Shown: piece after piece, positions 1 through 10,197 of the stretch
Layout: each line of letters starts with the position of its first letter
How positions within the stretch are numbered: the first letter of the stretch is position 1
Origin: an uncultured Methanomicrobiales archaeon
Lineage (GTDB): Archaea; Halobacteriota; Methanomicrobia; Methanomicrobiales; Methanospirillaceae
NCBI GenBank assembly: GCA_963697895.1
Contig: OY969100.1
Coordinates: forward strand, 1,728,001-1,792,000
DNA length: 64,000 nt
Reading direction: 5' to 3'
Translations under genes and position numbers: made by a program
Notes under the pieces: generated by a model
What the model was told of the DNA's origin: nothing
The model's database searches: none
Seen by the model: the letters and a program-made list of their open reading frames with translations, nothing else

Positions 1-8
1 TGGGAATC

Positions 9-1016
9 GTGGCTGTTTTATTGATACCGTTCCTGTTTATCGCAGTCTATTACCGGTTTGGGCGGGAGATGGAGTTCACGGTCCCCGAATATATGAGTGT
101 AGTGCCCAACCCGAATATGAAGCCCTGGGCAGTTAATCTCCTGTTCAAAGGGGATGCAATGACCTTTGACCAGGATGGCTATTTTGCAACACTGCTCGAT
201 CTTCATCGAAAGAAATTCATCCGCATCGTTGAGACCGCGACTCCGAAATCGATCCAAATTACCGTCCTTCAGGATCATTCAGATGATCCGTATGAACAAA
301 GAGTACTTGCATTCCTGCAGGATGTCTCAAAGGAAGGCGTGGTTGACAGCCTCGCTCTCACGACGCTTGCTGAGCTCGCAAAGAGCGACAGGAAGGCAGA
401 GTCGGCCATCCTCCGATACCAGCGGGAATTATCGGACGTGACACGGCGGGTGGATCCCCGGTTGATCGCACAATACATCGTAGACGGGCGCGATCACCTT
501 CTCCCGATCGCTCTTTTCGGTGCGGCATTCTGTGCGGTCTCGGTCATGATGATAGTCATTGCCCCTGTGTTTATTTCGTACCTGGTCCCGGCGACTCTTC
601 TCTGGGGGGGTGTCATTGTTACGGCAGGGATAGGAATGCTGTTTCCCTCAACGCTCTTCGGGCACTGGAAGGGCGACTCCTACAAAGATAAGCTGGAATG
701 GGACGCATTCGCGCACTTCCTCTCCGACCTGGCCCTCATGCGGCAGTACGCACCGGGAGACCTTTCCATGTGGGGAGAGTGGCTGGTATATGGAACGGCG
801 CTCGGGGTCGGAGATAAGGTCGTGAAAGCGATGCAGGAATTGCATATCGATCTGCCGGAGATCGGTGTGCCGCTCGGAATCCAGACCGCATTTGTACCAA
901 TTCTCTTTTTTGCTCCGGTATCCTCCGGCGGAGGAGGATTTGGCGGAGGAGGATTTGGTGGAGGGGGTTTCGGCGGAGGCGGAGGATTTGGTGGCGGTGG
1001 TGTGGGAGGTCGGTGA
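9..1016 (+). CDS. DUF2207-family membrane protein, C-terminal part (probably begins upstream of the window)
   Basis: TM segments, WGEWLVYGTALGV motif and Gly-rich GGGFGGGG tail typical of DUF2207. Confidence 0.8.
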   Translation: MAVLLIPFLFIAVYYRFGREMEFTVPEYMSVVPNPNMKPWAVNLLFKGDAMTFDQDGYFATLLDLHRKKFIRIVETATPKSIQITVLQDHSDDPYEQRVLAFLQDVSKEGVVDSLALTTLAELAKSDRKAESAILRYQRELSDVTRRVDPRLIAQYIVDGRDHLLPIALFGAAFCAVSVMMIVIAPVFISYLVPATLLWGGVIVTAGIGMLFPSTLFGHWKGDSYKDKLEWDAFAHFLSDLALMRQYAPGDLSMWGEWLVYGTALGVGDKVVKAMQELHIDLPEIGVPLGIQTAFVPILFFAPVSSGGGGFGGGGFGGGGFGGGGGFGGGGVGGR

Positions 1017-1124
1017 GCATATCCCCACATCAAATCAGGAAAGCGGGTGAGACCCTGATCAATTCGGATCCATCAATCTGTTTATCGTGATAAAAGAGCA
1101 AAAGATCAGGGATCAGGATCCATC

Positions 1125-1577
1125 ATGCAGTATGCACAGGGACGATGGGGAAGAGTATTCGTCGTGCGGATAGACCACGGTGAGGACCTGCTGCTTACCC
1201 TTCACCAGTTCATCGTGGAAAACGGCATCCGGAATGGGTTCGTCCAGTTTCTCGGGGCGCTCGGAGAGGGTCTGATGGTCACCGGCCCGGAGCATCTGAT
1301 TCTCCCTCCTGAACCACATTTTGAAAATTTCGAAGGAGGATGGGAACTCTTCGGGATAGCGACGATCTTTCCCGCAGAACAGGGGCCCCGAATCCATCTA
1401 CATGCATCCGTCGGCAGAGGGGGAGATTCGATGACCGGTTGTCTCCGGGAGCGTGCAGTAACGTATATCGTTGTAGAAGCAGTTGTCATGGAGATCAAGG
1501 GATTATCCGGGATGATACGTCACGATGCACGGACAGGGCTTTCATTACCCTCATTCGATAAGGAACCCATGGAATGA
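1125..1577 (+). CDS. PPC/DUF296 domain protein
   Basis: GRVFVVRIDHGEDL and HLHASVG motifs. Confidence 0.85.
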   Translation: MQYAQGRWGRVFVVRIDHGEDLLLTLHQFIVENGIRNGFVQFLGALGEGLMVTGPEHLILPPEPHFENFEGGWELFGIATIFPAEQGPRIHLHASVGRGGDSMTGCLRERAVTYIVVEAVVMEIKGLSGMIRHDARTGLSLPSFDKEPME

Positions 1578-3478
1578 ACGAATCCCGGCAGGGATCCCTG
1601 TGGTCCCCCATGAGTGGTAAGAAGGGGGAAGAGATAGGTATCGAACAACCGAGATTTCTTCCGATGTCCCGGGAAGAGGCGAAGATCCTTGGGATCGACA
1701 GGTTTGACATCATCCTCGTGAGCGGAGACGCCTACGTTGACCATCCCTCATTTGCGACCGCCCTCCTCGGTCGGGTCCTCTGGAATGCGGGGTTTTCAGT
1801 GGGGGTGATCGCACAGCCTGACTGGCGGGAAGATACCGCATTCCTGGGCCTGGGAGCACCCCGGCTCTTTTTCTCCGTTTCCTCGGGAAATGTTGATTCG
1901 ATGGTCAATCACTATACCGCAAACCTGAAGCGGCGGAGTGGAGATGTATATTCGCCAGGTGGGGCGATCAGAAGGCCAGATCGGGCTACAATCGTATATA
2001 CTAACCGCTTGCACGCACTTTTTCCCGGTACTCCCCTGATAATCGGGGGGATTGAAGCAAGTCTCCGAAGGTTCGCACATTATGACTACTGGTCTGACCG
2101 GGTACGGCAGGGGATTCTCGCGGATGCCCCGGCCGATATCCTGGTGTTCGGAATGGGTGAGCGGCAGCTGATAGAGATTGCGGGACGCCTTGCAACCGGA
2201 GAATCTATTGCAAAACTCACTGCCATATCCGGTACCGCGTACCGGGAAAATCTTGGTACGTGGAGGAGCACAAGTCACCCGGACCAAATTAGCCTACCCT
2301 CTTTCACAACGGTTTCGACGGATAAAAGGGCATATGCCCAAGCATTTGCGATCCATAGCGGAGAACAGGATCCCTTCCGGGGAAGACCGGTTGCGCAGGA
2401 ACATCCAAAGACCGTCATCATCCAGAATTCTCCCGCCCTGCCGCTTTCCGCCAGTGAGCTGGACTCCATCCATGAATTGCCCTATACCCGGAGATCCCAT
2501 CCGTCATACCGGGAGCCGGTTCCGGCGCTCGGCCCTGTCGAATTTTCGGTGGTATCTCACAGAGGTTGTTTCGGGGGCTGTGCATTCTGCGCTCTCAGTC
2601 ATCATCAGGGCCGGATTGTCCAGAGCCGCAGTGAAGATTCCATCGTGCGTGAGGTGATGCGGTTGACGAGGATGCCCGGTTTCCGGGGAATCATCCATGA
2701 TATCGGAGGACCGACGGCGAACATGTACGGGTCGTCCTGCGCACGCTGGGAGGGGAGTGGCACGTGTTCCGACAAACCCTGCACCACCGGGTGTGCCCTC
2801 CTGTCCCTGGCGCATGAGCGCCAGATCCACCTGCTCAGGCGGCTCCGTGCCATACCGGGAGTAAAAAAGATCTTTATCGGATCCGGCATCCGGTATGACC
2901 TGGTTCTTGCGGACCCGGCACCGTACCTGGAAGAAATCTGCAGGCATCACATATCCGGGCACCTGAAGGTCGCACCCGAACATATATCCCCCCATGTGAC
3001 GGACTGCATGAGGAAACCGGCCGTCGGAACTTTTGAAACGTTCCTGGTAAAATTTGAGGAACTGCAGAAAGGAAAAGAGAGGAGGGAATACCTGCTTCCC
3101 TACTTTATGTCAGGTCACCCGGGATGTTCTCTCAATGATATGATCGATCTCGCCTGCTATATACGGGATCGTCACCTGTACACGGAGCAGGTTCAGGACT
3201 TCACTCCCACGCCCATGAGTCTTTCGACCTGTATGTATTACACGGGACTCGACCCGTTCACCCTGCAACCGGTACATATCCCGAAAAAAAGGGAGAAACA
3301 AATCCAACGGGCTCTCCTCCATTTCAGGGAACCGAAAAACCGGGCTCTTGTACGGGAGGGTCTTACTCGCGCAGGACGGGGCGATCTGATCGGATCCGGC
3401 CCTGGAGACCTCATCTCCGGCAAATCAGAGGATGCGGCCCGGGTTGGATCGAAAGGGAAAAAGAACCCGACGGGGTAG
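1574..3478 (+). CDS. YgiQ/UPF0313 family radical SAM protein
   Basis: GDAYVDHPSF, RGCFGGCAFC (CxxxCxxC), EQVQDFTPTP. Confidence 0.9.
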   Translation: MNESRQGSLWSPMSGKKGEEIGIEQPRFLPMSREEAKILGIDRFDIILVSGDAYVDHPSFATALLGRVLWNAGFSVGVIAQPDWREDTAFLGLGAPRLFFSVSSGNVDSMVNHYTANLKRRSGDVYSPGGAIRRPDRATIVYTNRLHALFPGTPLIIGGIEASLRRFAHYDYWSDRVRQGILADAPADILVFGMGERQLIEIAGRLATGESIAKLTAISGTAYRENLGTWRSTSHPDQISLPSFTTVSTDKRAYAQAFAIHSGEQDPFRGRPVAQEHPKTVIIQNSPALPLSASELDSIHELPYTRRSHPSYREPVPALGPVEFSVVSHRGCFGGCAFCALSHHQGRIVQSRSEDSIVREVMRLTRMPGFRGIIHDIGGPTANMYGSSCARWEGSGTCSDKPCTTGCALLSLAHERQIHLLRRLRAIPGVKKIFIGSGIRYDLVLADPAPYLEEICRHHISGHLKVAPEHISPHVTDCMRKPAVGTFETFLVKFEELQKGKERREYLLPYFMSGHPGCSLNDMIDLACYIRDRHLYTEQVQDFTPTPMSLSTCMYYTGLDPFTLQPVHIPKKREKQIQRALLHFREPKNRALVREGLTRAGRGDLIGSGPGDLISGKSEDAARVGSKGKKNPTG

Positions 3479-3565
3479 TGCTTTTATCACGACAGACTGT
3501 CGCGGAGAACCGGGAAAGTCACCGAAATCCCCGGGATTCCTGATTTCAGGCCCATTTTTCAGGCT

Positions 3566-4006
3566 TCAATCCTCGACCCCCTCATTCACACAGGGGATGC
3601 ATTTTGCCATTTTTTCATCGATGATCCGGTATGCATTGGCGAGAACCGACGAGTTGGATATGAGGCCAGCCAGGAGTATGACCTCCAGTATCTCCTCGCG
3701 CGAAGCGCCTTTTTTGAGTGCAGCCTGCATGTGATACCCGGTGCAGTGTTGACACCGGAGTGCCGCTCCGACCGCAAGGCTGATCAGTTCCACGTATTTC
3801 GGGTCAAGAGCACTCGTCTGTGCAACGGTACCCTTATAGAGCAGGTGTGAGATGAGCACCTCCGGTCGTTCTGACATCCGTTTGAATATAAGGGGTGTCC
3901 TTCCGTATTCGTGCTCTATATTGTGCATCCATTCCTCGGCGGTGTCCCTGCATCCCCGCTCCACGATCTGGGTGAGCAGATCCTCAAACTCGGTCATATC
4001 AGACAT
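3566..4006 (-). CDS. Carboxymuconolactone decarboxylase/AhpD-like protein
   Basis: LDPKYVELISLAVGAALRCQHCTGYH...GASREEILE; start set at ATG 4006. Confidence 0.85.
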   Translation of the reverse strand: MSDMTEFEDLLTQIVERGCRDTAEEWMHNIEHEYGRTPLIFKRMSERPEVLISHLLYKGTVAQTSALDPKYVELISLAVGAALRCQHCTGYHMQAALKKGASREEILEVILLAGLISNSSVLANAYRIIDEKMAKCIPCVNEGVED

Positions 4007-4437
4007 AATGCCCCAACGTCTATAGTCGTTTATCTTCCATATATTCAGCATCAGGAACCTAAAAAGGGTGTGATCCTGCAGGAGCAGTCTCTTGGGGAGG
4101 AAAAGTTCAGCAGGGTGAAAGGGATCGGAACCGGATTAAAGAATCCGTCGATCATATCCTATCCAGCTGCATTCGGGATTAATTCTGGGCCTTTTAAAGT
4201 ATAGAAAAACATCCCCTTACCATGAGTGACCCAATCAGTACAAGGTCCTGATCATCGAATCCTGATGAAAAAGAAGGAAACAAGAACACCGGGGGTGAAG
4301 GCAATCGATCATCCAACCCAACTTGAGAAATCTCTCCCCCCATCTTGGTAAGACCGCGAATACCCATCCCTGACAGGAACACCAGAAACCCCGGATTGAA
4401 TGCGAACTTATATGGGTATAAGAATCCGATGCCCCAT

Positions 4438-4971
4438 ATGGAACGATCCCATCCATGGTATGGTCCATTCATTACCCTCTCTGCCATCATGTTTCTGATT
4501 ATTGTCTCTGTTCTCTGTACCGGGTGCTTCGAAGAAGGACCGGGAGCCCCGGCAGGGAACCAGTCCTCACCTGCTGTTTCTGCTTCGCCCTCACCGTCTT
4601 TGATCTCCACGTCAGCACCGGGGCCGATGGCGACACCGCTCCCGGGCCTTGGGTACATCAGACGCCCCTATGGGTATGTGGCGTATGAGTCCACGACATC
4701 CCAGCCGGTGAGCGTCCAGGATAACGGGCAGATCGGAATCGATCCATCGGGTCACCAGGTCATCACCGGGAAGATAAAAAACGTCGGCGCGGAGCGTATA
4801 GACTTGCTCGTGATTACTATCAACCTTTATAATGCGAACGGAGAAGTGATAGGAAACACGTATGCGAGCGTCGATTACCTCGCCCCAGGGGCGGTTTGGA
4901 AGTTCCGTTCAACCCCGTTTGACTATCCCGATTACCAATTCCATCAGATATCCGAGATCTTCACGGGATAA
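4438..4971 (+). CDS. Secreted/lipoprotein with FxLYD-type Ig-like domain
   Basis: Hydrophobic N-terminus ending LCTGC, Pro/Ser/Thr linker, ITGKIKNVG...INLYNANG...LAPG; start uncertain. Confidence 0.7.
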   Translation: MERSHPWYGPFITLSAIMFLIIVSVLCTGCFEEGPGAPAGNQSSPAVSASPSPSLISTSAPGPMATPLPGLGYIRRPYGYVAYESTTSQPVSVQDNGQIGIDPSGHQVITGKIKNVGAERIDLLVITINLYNANGEVIGNTYASVDYLAPGAVWKFRSTPFDYPDYQFHQISEIFTG

Positions 4972-5007
4972 TTTCCCGGAGGAGATTCTCTTTTTCGGAA
5001 CGATCCG

Positions 5008-5946
5008 TTACACCATCAGGTTTGTCTCAGAGAACGGTTTTATCCTGACCAGGATATAATCGCGCATCCGCGAGGGAAGGACCAGGGCGATATCTCCTAT
5101 GGTAACTCCCCCTTCTATCTCTATCCGACGAAGTTCTCCGGCGTATGTATCATAGGGGAGTTTCACCCGAAGGCCCGTTATCTGGACCGTGATGGGAGTC
5201 GGCGAGAGCACTTCATGAATCGCGTCCATTTTTTCCTTGATCACATCCATCAGGCGTGCGGGAGAGACCGAAATAGGGTCCTTTCCAATCGCCTCCCTGC
5301 GCAGGTCGAGTACCCGGGTGATTTCCGCGACGATCTCATCCAGTTTGGCAATCTCTTCTGATTCCTGCGTCCGATGCATAAACCGCCCGACGTTGCCGAC
5401 ATACCCGTCCACCGGTGGGTCAATAATTCGCATCAGGGTCTCCCGGTCAGGCCCTCCCGAGACGACGATCGGCACCTCGATTCCGCGCCTGAGTGTCGGG
5501 AACTTATATTCGATACAGGTTTCGAAATCTCCGAAGAGGAATAAGGCAAGGTCATGCTCGTTGATTACATCACGCTCTTCATCATTGAGCTGGGAGATTC
5601 TTTTTCCAAACCCCCGGGCAAGACCCACCATGTTCGTCTTCGCTCCGAATCGTCTTATGTACTCAGCCACGTCACAGGACGCATGCGGAAGATGGTGGAT
5701 CTCCAGGCTCATGCTTACGACCGCGATCTCCGTACCAACAAGTGGTGCCGGTTCCAGCTCGCCCATCAGGGGCTTGGCCACCGTCTGAATGAGGGGAATA
5801 TCCTCTTTCGGAACGAGCGCCTGTAGTATTACTTCCTGTCCGATCAGGTGTTTCTGAATAATATATCCACCCAGATCCTCGATCAGGTCGATGATCTCAT
5901 CATGACGGTACACCCCCCCCTTGTAGGTGACCGGGACGAGAATCAC
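5008..5946 (-). CDS. mmp7: Methanogenesis marker protein 7
   Basis: YKGGVYRHDE, HHLPHASCDVAEY; last gene of the atwA operon. Confidence 0.9.
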   Translation of the reverse strand: MILVPVTYKGGVYRHDEIIDLIEDLGGYIIQKHLIGQEVILQALVPKEDIPLIQTVAKPLMGELEPAPLVGTEIAVVSMSLEIHHLPHASCDVAEYIRRFGAKTNMVGLARGFGKRISQLNDEERDVINEHDLALFLFGDFETCIEYKFPTLRRGIEVPIVVSGGPDRETLMRIIDPPVDGYVGNVGRFMHRTQESEEIAKLDEIVAEITRVLDLRREAIGKDPISVSPARLMDVIKEKMDAIHEVLSPTPITVQITGLRVKLPYDTYAGELRRIEIEGGVTIGDIALVLPSRMRDYILVRIKPFSETNLMV

Positions 5947-6521
5947 AGTGTCTCCCCCATCCGGGTGAACTGCTCCCGAACCATATCAATCACGTCTTCG
6001 GGCAGGGTGTCTTCGCTCGCGACGAGATAAAACTTATTTTTCCCGTAATACTGGCGCCTGACCTTGAACCCCTCCGGTTGTATACACTGAAGGGCATAGA
6101 TCAGATCCTTATACATCGATTCGCTCGGGTCCAGGACTACGAGGTCTTCCAGCCCTGCAGATTCGGCAGGCGTCAGCTCCATCTGGATAGTAAAGCGATC
6201 CGGCTGCATAACTTTCTCCTTTCCGAACCGGTCCCACAGAATTTTGAGAAGAGGTGCGAGATAGGTCTCGTCCCCGATGGAGATTATCACTTTAGTCTCC
6301 TGAATATTGACGTCTGCAAAGTCACGCAGATGGACGAGGCTGGGGAGTTTCCGTGTCTCTCCGACGGCGATGAAGATCGGAACCCTTGGATCTATGAAAA
6401 TGTGCAATTTTTTTATTACCTTGATCAGGTCGTGGTCCAGAAGGACAACCTCCGCAATCCGCCGGTAATAATCTCCACCTTTTGGTTCGGGGCACTCTAC
6501 CTCAAAATGTTCCAGAGCCAT
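5943..6521 (-). CDS. mmp17: Methanogenesis marker protein 17
   Basis: VECPE...YRRI, IQPEGFKVR; operon position. Confidence 0.85.
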   Translation of the reverse strand: MALEHFEVECPEPKGGDYYRRIAEVVLLDHDLIKVIKKLHIFIDPRVPIFIAVGETRKLPSLVHLRDFADVNIQETKVIISIGDETYLAPLLKILWDRFGKEKVMQPDRFTIQMELTPAESAGLEDLVVLDPSESMYKDLIYALQCIQPEGFKVRRQYYGKNKFYLVASEDTLPEDVIDMVREQFTRMGETL

Positions 6522-7760
6522 CTAATCCTCTTTGATGAAACCAGATGCAAGAAGGGCAGATCCGACCGCACCGATATATTGAGAGTGATGTGGCACGACG
6601 ATCTGTGTCTGGAGGAGCTGCCCCATTGCATATACCAGGCCTTCGATCAGTGAGGTACCGCCGACCATAATGACCGGCTCTCTTATGTCGATCTCCTGTA
6701 ATTGCTGTTCGAACACCTGTTCAGCGACACTGTGGCAGGCTGCAGCTGCCACGTCCTCGGGCAGGCTTCCGGCTGCAAGGGCATTGACGAGACTCTGGGT
6801 ACCGAATACAATGCAATAACTGTTCATCGGTACCTGCCGGGAGATCCCTTTCATTGCCAGGGGACCGAGTTCGGTGATATCCACCCCGAGCCTCTTTGCA
6901 GTCATTTCGAGGAACCGCCCGCTCGCCCCGGCACAGATCCCTCCCATCGTGAACGTACCCGGTATGCCGTCCTGAACGCTGATTGCCTTGTTATCCATCC
7001 CTCCGATGTCGATGACAGTCGCCGGGCCATGCTGGGTCCCTGCCAGGTAGACGGCCCCTTTAGAATTAACCGTCAACTCCTCCTGGACCAGGTCCGCCCT
7101 TATCTTTTCCCCCACCAGGAACCGGCCGTATCCCGTCGTGCCAACCGCCTCAATCTCATCACGCTTCACTCCGGCCTCTTCGAGTGCCAACCGGATCACA
7201 GCCTCCGCACTGTCCACAACACCGGTGGTTGGGAGCCAGCCGGTGCCGATGATCGCGTTGTCTCTCATGACAATCGCCTTCGTGGTGCTCGATCCGCTAT
7301 CAACCCCAAGAGTAAGCCCTTTTTGTACCTCACGCGCAAGGAGTGCTCTCCGGCGCGCAATGGTGGTCAATGCTTCCATCCGGGTAAGAAGCGTCCCTGC
7401 GGTGGTCCGCTCGGTGAACGAATAGCTGACCACCGGCAGTTTTGAATTTTCATGGATGTACCGGCGCAGCTCGTTTCTCACTATCGCGGCCTCCGCGCAC
7501 CGGAAACAGGTCGCTATGAAGACCGCATCGGCCTCAACCCGTCCTTCCACCAGTGCTCTCGCCCGTGCGATGGCAAGTTTAAGGTCAGGGCTCCTGACAT
7601 CGAGGCCGAACTGGTCAAACCCCTTGGTGATGTCAGAGAGCTTGATATCCGGGAAGAATATCTCTGCGTCTACGGCTTTTGCTGCTTCTTCGATCTCCCC
7701 CTGTACCCCACTGTATTCCGGGCCGCAGGAGAGCTGGGCAATCCGAACCGGTTGAGTCAT
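6522..7760 (-). CDS. mmp15: Methanogenesis marker protein 15 (BadF/BcrA-type activase ATPase)
   Basis: [46 protein letters not shown]. Confidence 0.92.
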   Translation of the reverse strand: MTQPVRIAQLSCGPEYSGVQGEIEEAAKAVDAEIFFPDIKLSDITKGFDQFGLDVRSPDLKLAIARARALVEGRVEADAVFIATCFRCAEAAIVRNELRRYIHENSKLPVVSYSFTERTTAGTLLTRMEALTTIARRRALLAREVQKGLTLGVDSGSSTTKAIVMRDNAIIGTGWLPTTGVVDSAEAVIRLALEEAGVKRDEIEAVGTTGYGRFLVGEKIRADLVQEELTVNSKGAVYLAGTQHGPATVIDIGGMDNKAISVQDGIPGTFTMGGICAGASGRFLEMTAKRLGVDITELGPLAMKGISRQVPMNSYCIVFGTQSLVNALAAGSLPEDVAAAACHSVAEQVFEQQLQEIDIREPVIMVGGTSLIEGLVYAMGQLLQTQIVVPHHSQYIGAVGSALLASGFIKED

Positions 7761-8203
7761 GCAGATTTCTCCAGGCCGTCGAGGAATTGTCTGATGGCGG
7801 CCACAAATTCTTCCCCTTCTTTATCATTTCGCGGGTAATTCAGGTCAAGGACCGGGATCTTTCTCTTCTTTAACAAAAACACGATCAGTTCATTCGTACG
7901 GGCACACCCCATACACCCGAAGGCAAGATCTGCGTCATGTATCACGATGGCGGCATCGGCTTCTTCGATCATCGGGCCATAAAGGGACATCCTGCCTCGC
8001 ACACCGGAAGGAACCTCAACTGCTGCATATTTGAGCCCTTTTTTCGGGTCTTCCGGCGTAATCTGGAGGGGTGGGGACTCGAGACCAGCGGTCTGGACAT
8101 GTTCGCGGATTGCCATTGCTGCGCTGAGCGGGGTATGACCGAACCGGGCGACCAGATCAGAGAGGATGAGACTGGTAGCCGGATAGATGAATACCTTGGC
8201 CAT
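7757..8203 (-). CDS. mmp5: Methanogenesis marker protein 5
   Basis: [36 protein letters not shown]. Confidence 0.92.
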   Translation of the reverse strand: MAKVFIYPATSLILSDLVARFGHTPLSAAMAIREHVQTAGLESPPLQITPEDPKKGLKYAAVEVPSGVRGRMSLYGPMIEEADAAIVIHDADLAFGCMGCARTNELIVFLLKKRKIPVLDLNYPRNDKEGEEFVAAIRQFLDGLEKSA

Positions 8204-8204
8204 A

Positions 8205-8663
8205 TCAGGGCTCCTCCTTCTCGATAATCTTCTTTAATTTATAGAGTTCGAGCCTCTTCTCCGGAGCGGGACAGGGAGGAGTTGGAACTGCTTCTTTCGA
8301 CCTTTGCGGGAGCATCTCCAATCCGTGAGTCACATGCCTGATGATTCCTAATTCACACTCGTGTCCATGGAACCCGGGCCGTGCTCCGCCGAGATTTGCC
8401 CGACACCTCCGGCGATCCCCGGGCGGAAATCCACGGTCCTTTACGAAGATATGATTCGGGTCGATCTCTCGCAGTTGAGTGACCACCCTGGTCACTTCTT
8501 CTTCCGTCCCCGTGATCTGGAGCCCGAAACAGGTCTCCTTGATCATTACCCCTTCTGAAATCTCATATGCCCTGATTGCGAGGTCCGACGGGGTGAGATC
8601 CGGTGATTCAATAAAGACATATTTGGTCACTGTTCCCACATGCCGGGGCCGGTATTCGGTCAT
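8205..8663 (-). CDS. mmp6: Methanogenesis marker protein 6
   Basis: IKETCFG, KDRGFPPGDRRRCRA..GGARPGFH. Confidence 0.9.
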   Translation of the reverse strand: MTEYRPRHVGTVTKYVFIESPDLTPSDLAIRAYEISEGVMIKETCFGLQITGTEEEVTRVVTQLREIDPNHIFVKDRGFPPGDRRRCRANLGGARPGFHGHECELGIIRHVTHGLEMLPQRSKEAVPTPPCPAPEKRLELYKLKKIIEKEEP

Positions 8664-10186
8664 CTCCTCTCCTCCCTGATGTACACAGTCTCTTTTTCGC
8701 GGATATGCTTTAGCTTCCCGATGTCGACGACCGTCCCGAGCAGATTGGTCCCCTCAAATGGTTCTGAAGTCGGACCAAATTCCCTGCTCTCCCCGAGCCG
8801 TATCCCGACCAATCCTACCCCCTGCCGTGAGTCGTTGGTTATAGCGAGGGCATTGGCTGGTGAAGTATCATGCGGAAGGTTTTCAGGATTGATCCGTACA
8901 CCTGTGGGGAGCTCCGGTTTGAAGAGATATACATCTTCAAAATGGAAATATAATGGCAATCTACCGATATTGTGTGTATCAAGCCCGGTTAGTTTCCGGA
9001 ATATCGCGCAGGATACCGGGGCATGGAGATCATCGAGGACGATGCCAATCACCTTTTCAAGAGGAACGGTGGTTAATTGAACGGCTCCCCCCGCCAGGAC
9101 TTCGAGGGTGGAACCGGGTTTCTGATCTACAACGACCCCTGCGTCCTGACGCTTCCCGTCCGCGATTGTAATCCCCCGTTCATGGGCATATTCTCTGGCT
9201 TCGGACAGCGAACGGCCGACGAGGTCGAATCTCTCCGGTTCCGTTCTGATACAGAGAATATGTCCTTCCCGTGCGAGTCGGGCGAGCTCTATGCCATGTT
9301 CTACCTGTCCTACCGTGCTGTGGGCCGGGGACCCCGGGACATCTGCCGTGTAGATATACACGCTCCCCCGTTCCCGCCCCCGTGTCCGCACCGTCACCGC
9401 CCCCTCGCGTCTCGGTTCCTTTATCTCCTCCGGCACATACGTTGCCGCAAGTCGTTCATCCCTGATGTGGGTGCTGGACGAACGTCCGACTACGAAATGT
9501 CCCTGTTCCATCGCCATAAGCAAATGTTCCACGCTCAATGCAGCACCAGTTTCAATTTTCCCGGGGCTGTACCCGAGCGCTGCAACTTTGATATATGTGA
9601 TGATCTGCATTCCGTCTTCCAACGGAAGTCCCACCTCAGTTGTCGCGAACGAACGACTCGTGTCAGCCCAGGCGATAACCGGTTCAATCCGGGTGATATG
9701 GTCCCCCGTACTCCACCGGTCGATTACTCCCTTTCCACTCACCACTCTCCCGACCACTCCGCCGCCGGCTCGTGCCCCCACATCTGATGCATGCCTCAGT
9801 TTGGCGAAGACGATATAGGAGGTTTTAGGGTCATAACCACCGCATCCGAGGATCACATCGCCCCGCTCATAGAGATAGGGTGTGCGGGAAGGCACTATCG
9901 TGCTTTCAAACGGACCGAAGGCTGCGGCATACCTGTCCACCCAGTGAAGAGCAAGTTTTGGCACGAGTTCGTTGTCCAGATCTACTGGCACCTCCGGAAC
10001 AGTCACCTCGATGACGATCTCTCCCGCAGTTGTACTCACCTGCAGGTTCTGTGACCTGCCCGCTTCCTGTGTACCGGGGCGGATGACCGCGATAGCGCAT
10101 ACCGCGTCCCTCTCCGGAAGGATATCTGACAGGATGCTGCCGTCAGGAATCTCCCTCCGCTCCCCATCGACCTGGATGGCGATCAT
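8660..10186 (-). CDS. mmp3: Methanogenesis marker protein 3
   Basis: N-terminal ubiquitin-like start, cyclophilin-like segments, FGPTSEPFEGTN; start set at ATG 10186. Confidence 0.88.
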   Translation of the reverse strand: MIAIQVDGERREIPDGSILSDILPERDAVCAIAVIRPGTQEAGRSQNLQVSTTAGEIVIEVTVPEVPVDLDNELVPKLALHWVDRYAAAFGPFESTIVPSRTPYLYERGDVILGCGGYDPKTSYIVFAKLRHASDVGARAGGGVVGRVVSGKGVIDRWSTGDHITRIEPVIAWADTSRSFATTEVGLPLEDGMQIITYIKVAALGYSPGKIETGAALSVEHLLMAMEQGHFVVGRSSSTHIRDERLAATYVPEEIKEPRREGAVTVRTRGRERGSVYIYTADVPGSPAHSTVGQVEHGIELARLAREGHILCIRTEPERFDLVGRSLSEAREYAHERGITIADGKRQDAGVVVDQKPGSTLEVLAGGAVQLTTVPLEKVIGIVLDDLHAPVSCAIFRKLTGLDTHNIGRLPLYFHFEDVYLFKPELPTGVRINPENLPHDTSPANALAITNDSRQGVGLVGIRLGESREFGPTSEPFEGTNLLGTVVDIGKLKHIREKETVYIREERR

Positions 10187-10197
10187 CCGGCACACCA

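Noticed and set aside
925-1013. GGAGGATTTGGC-type tandem repeats
   Set aside because: Ordinary Gly-rich tail of a DUF2207 protein
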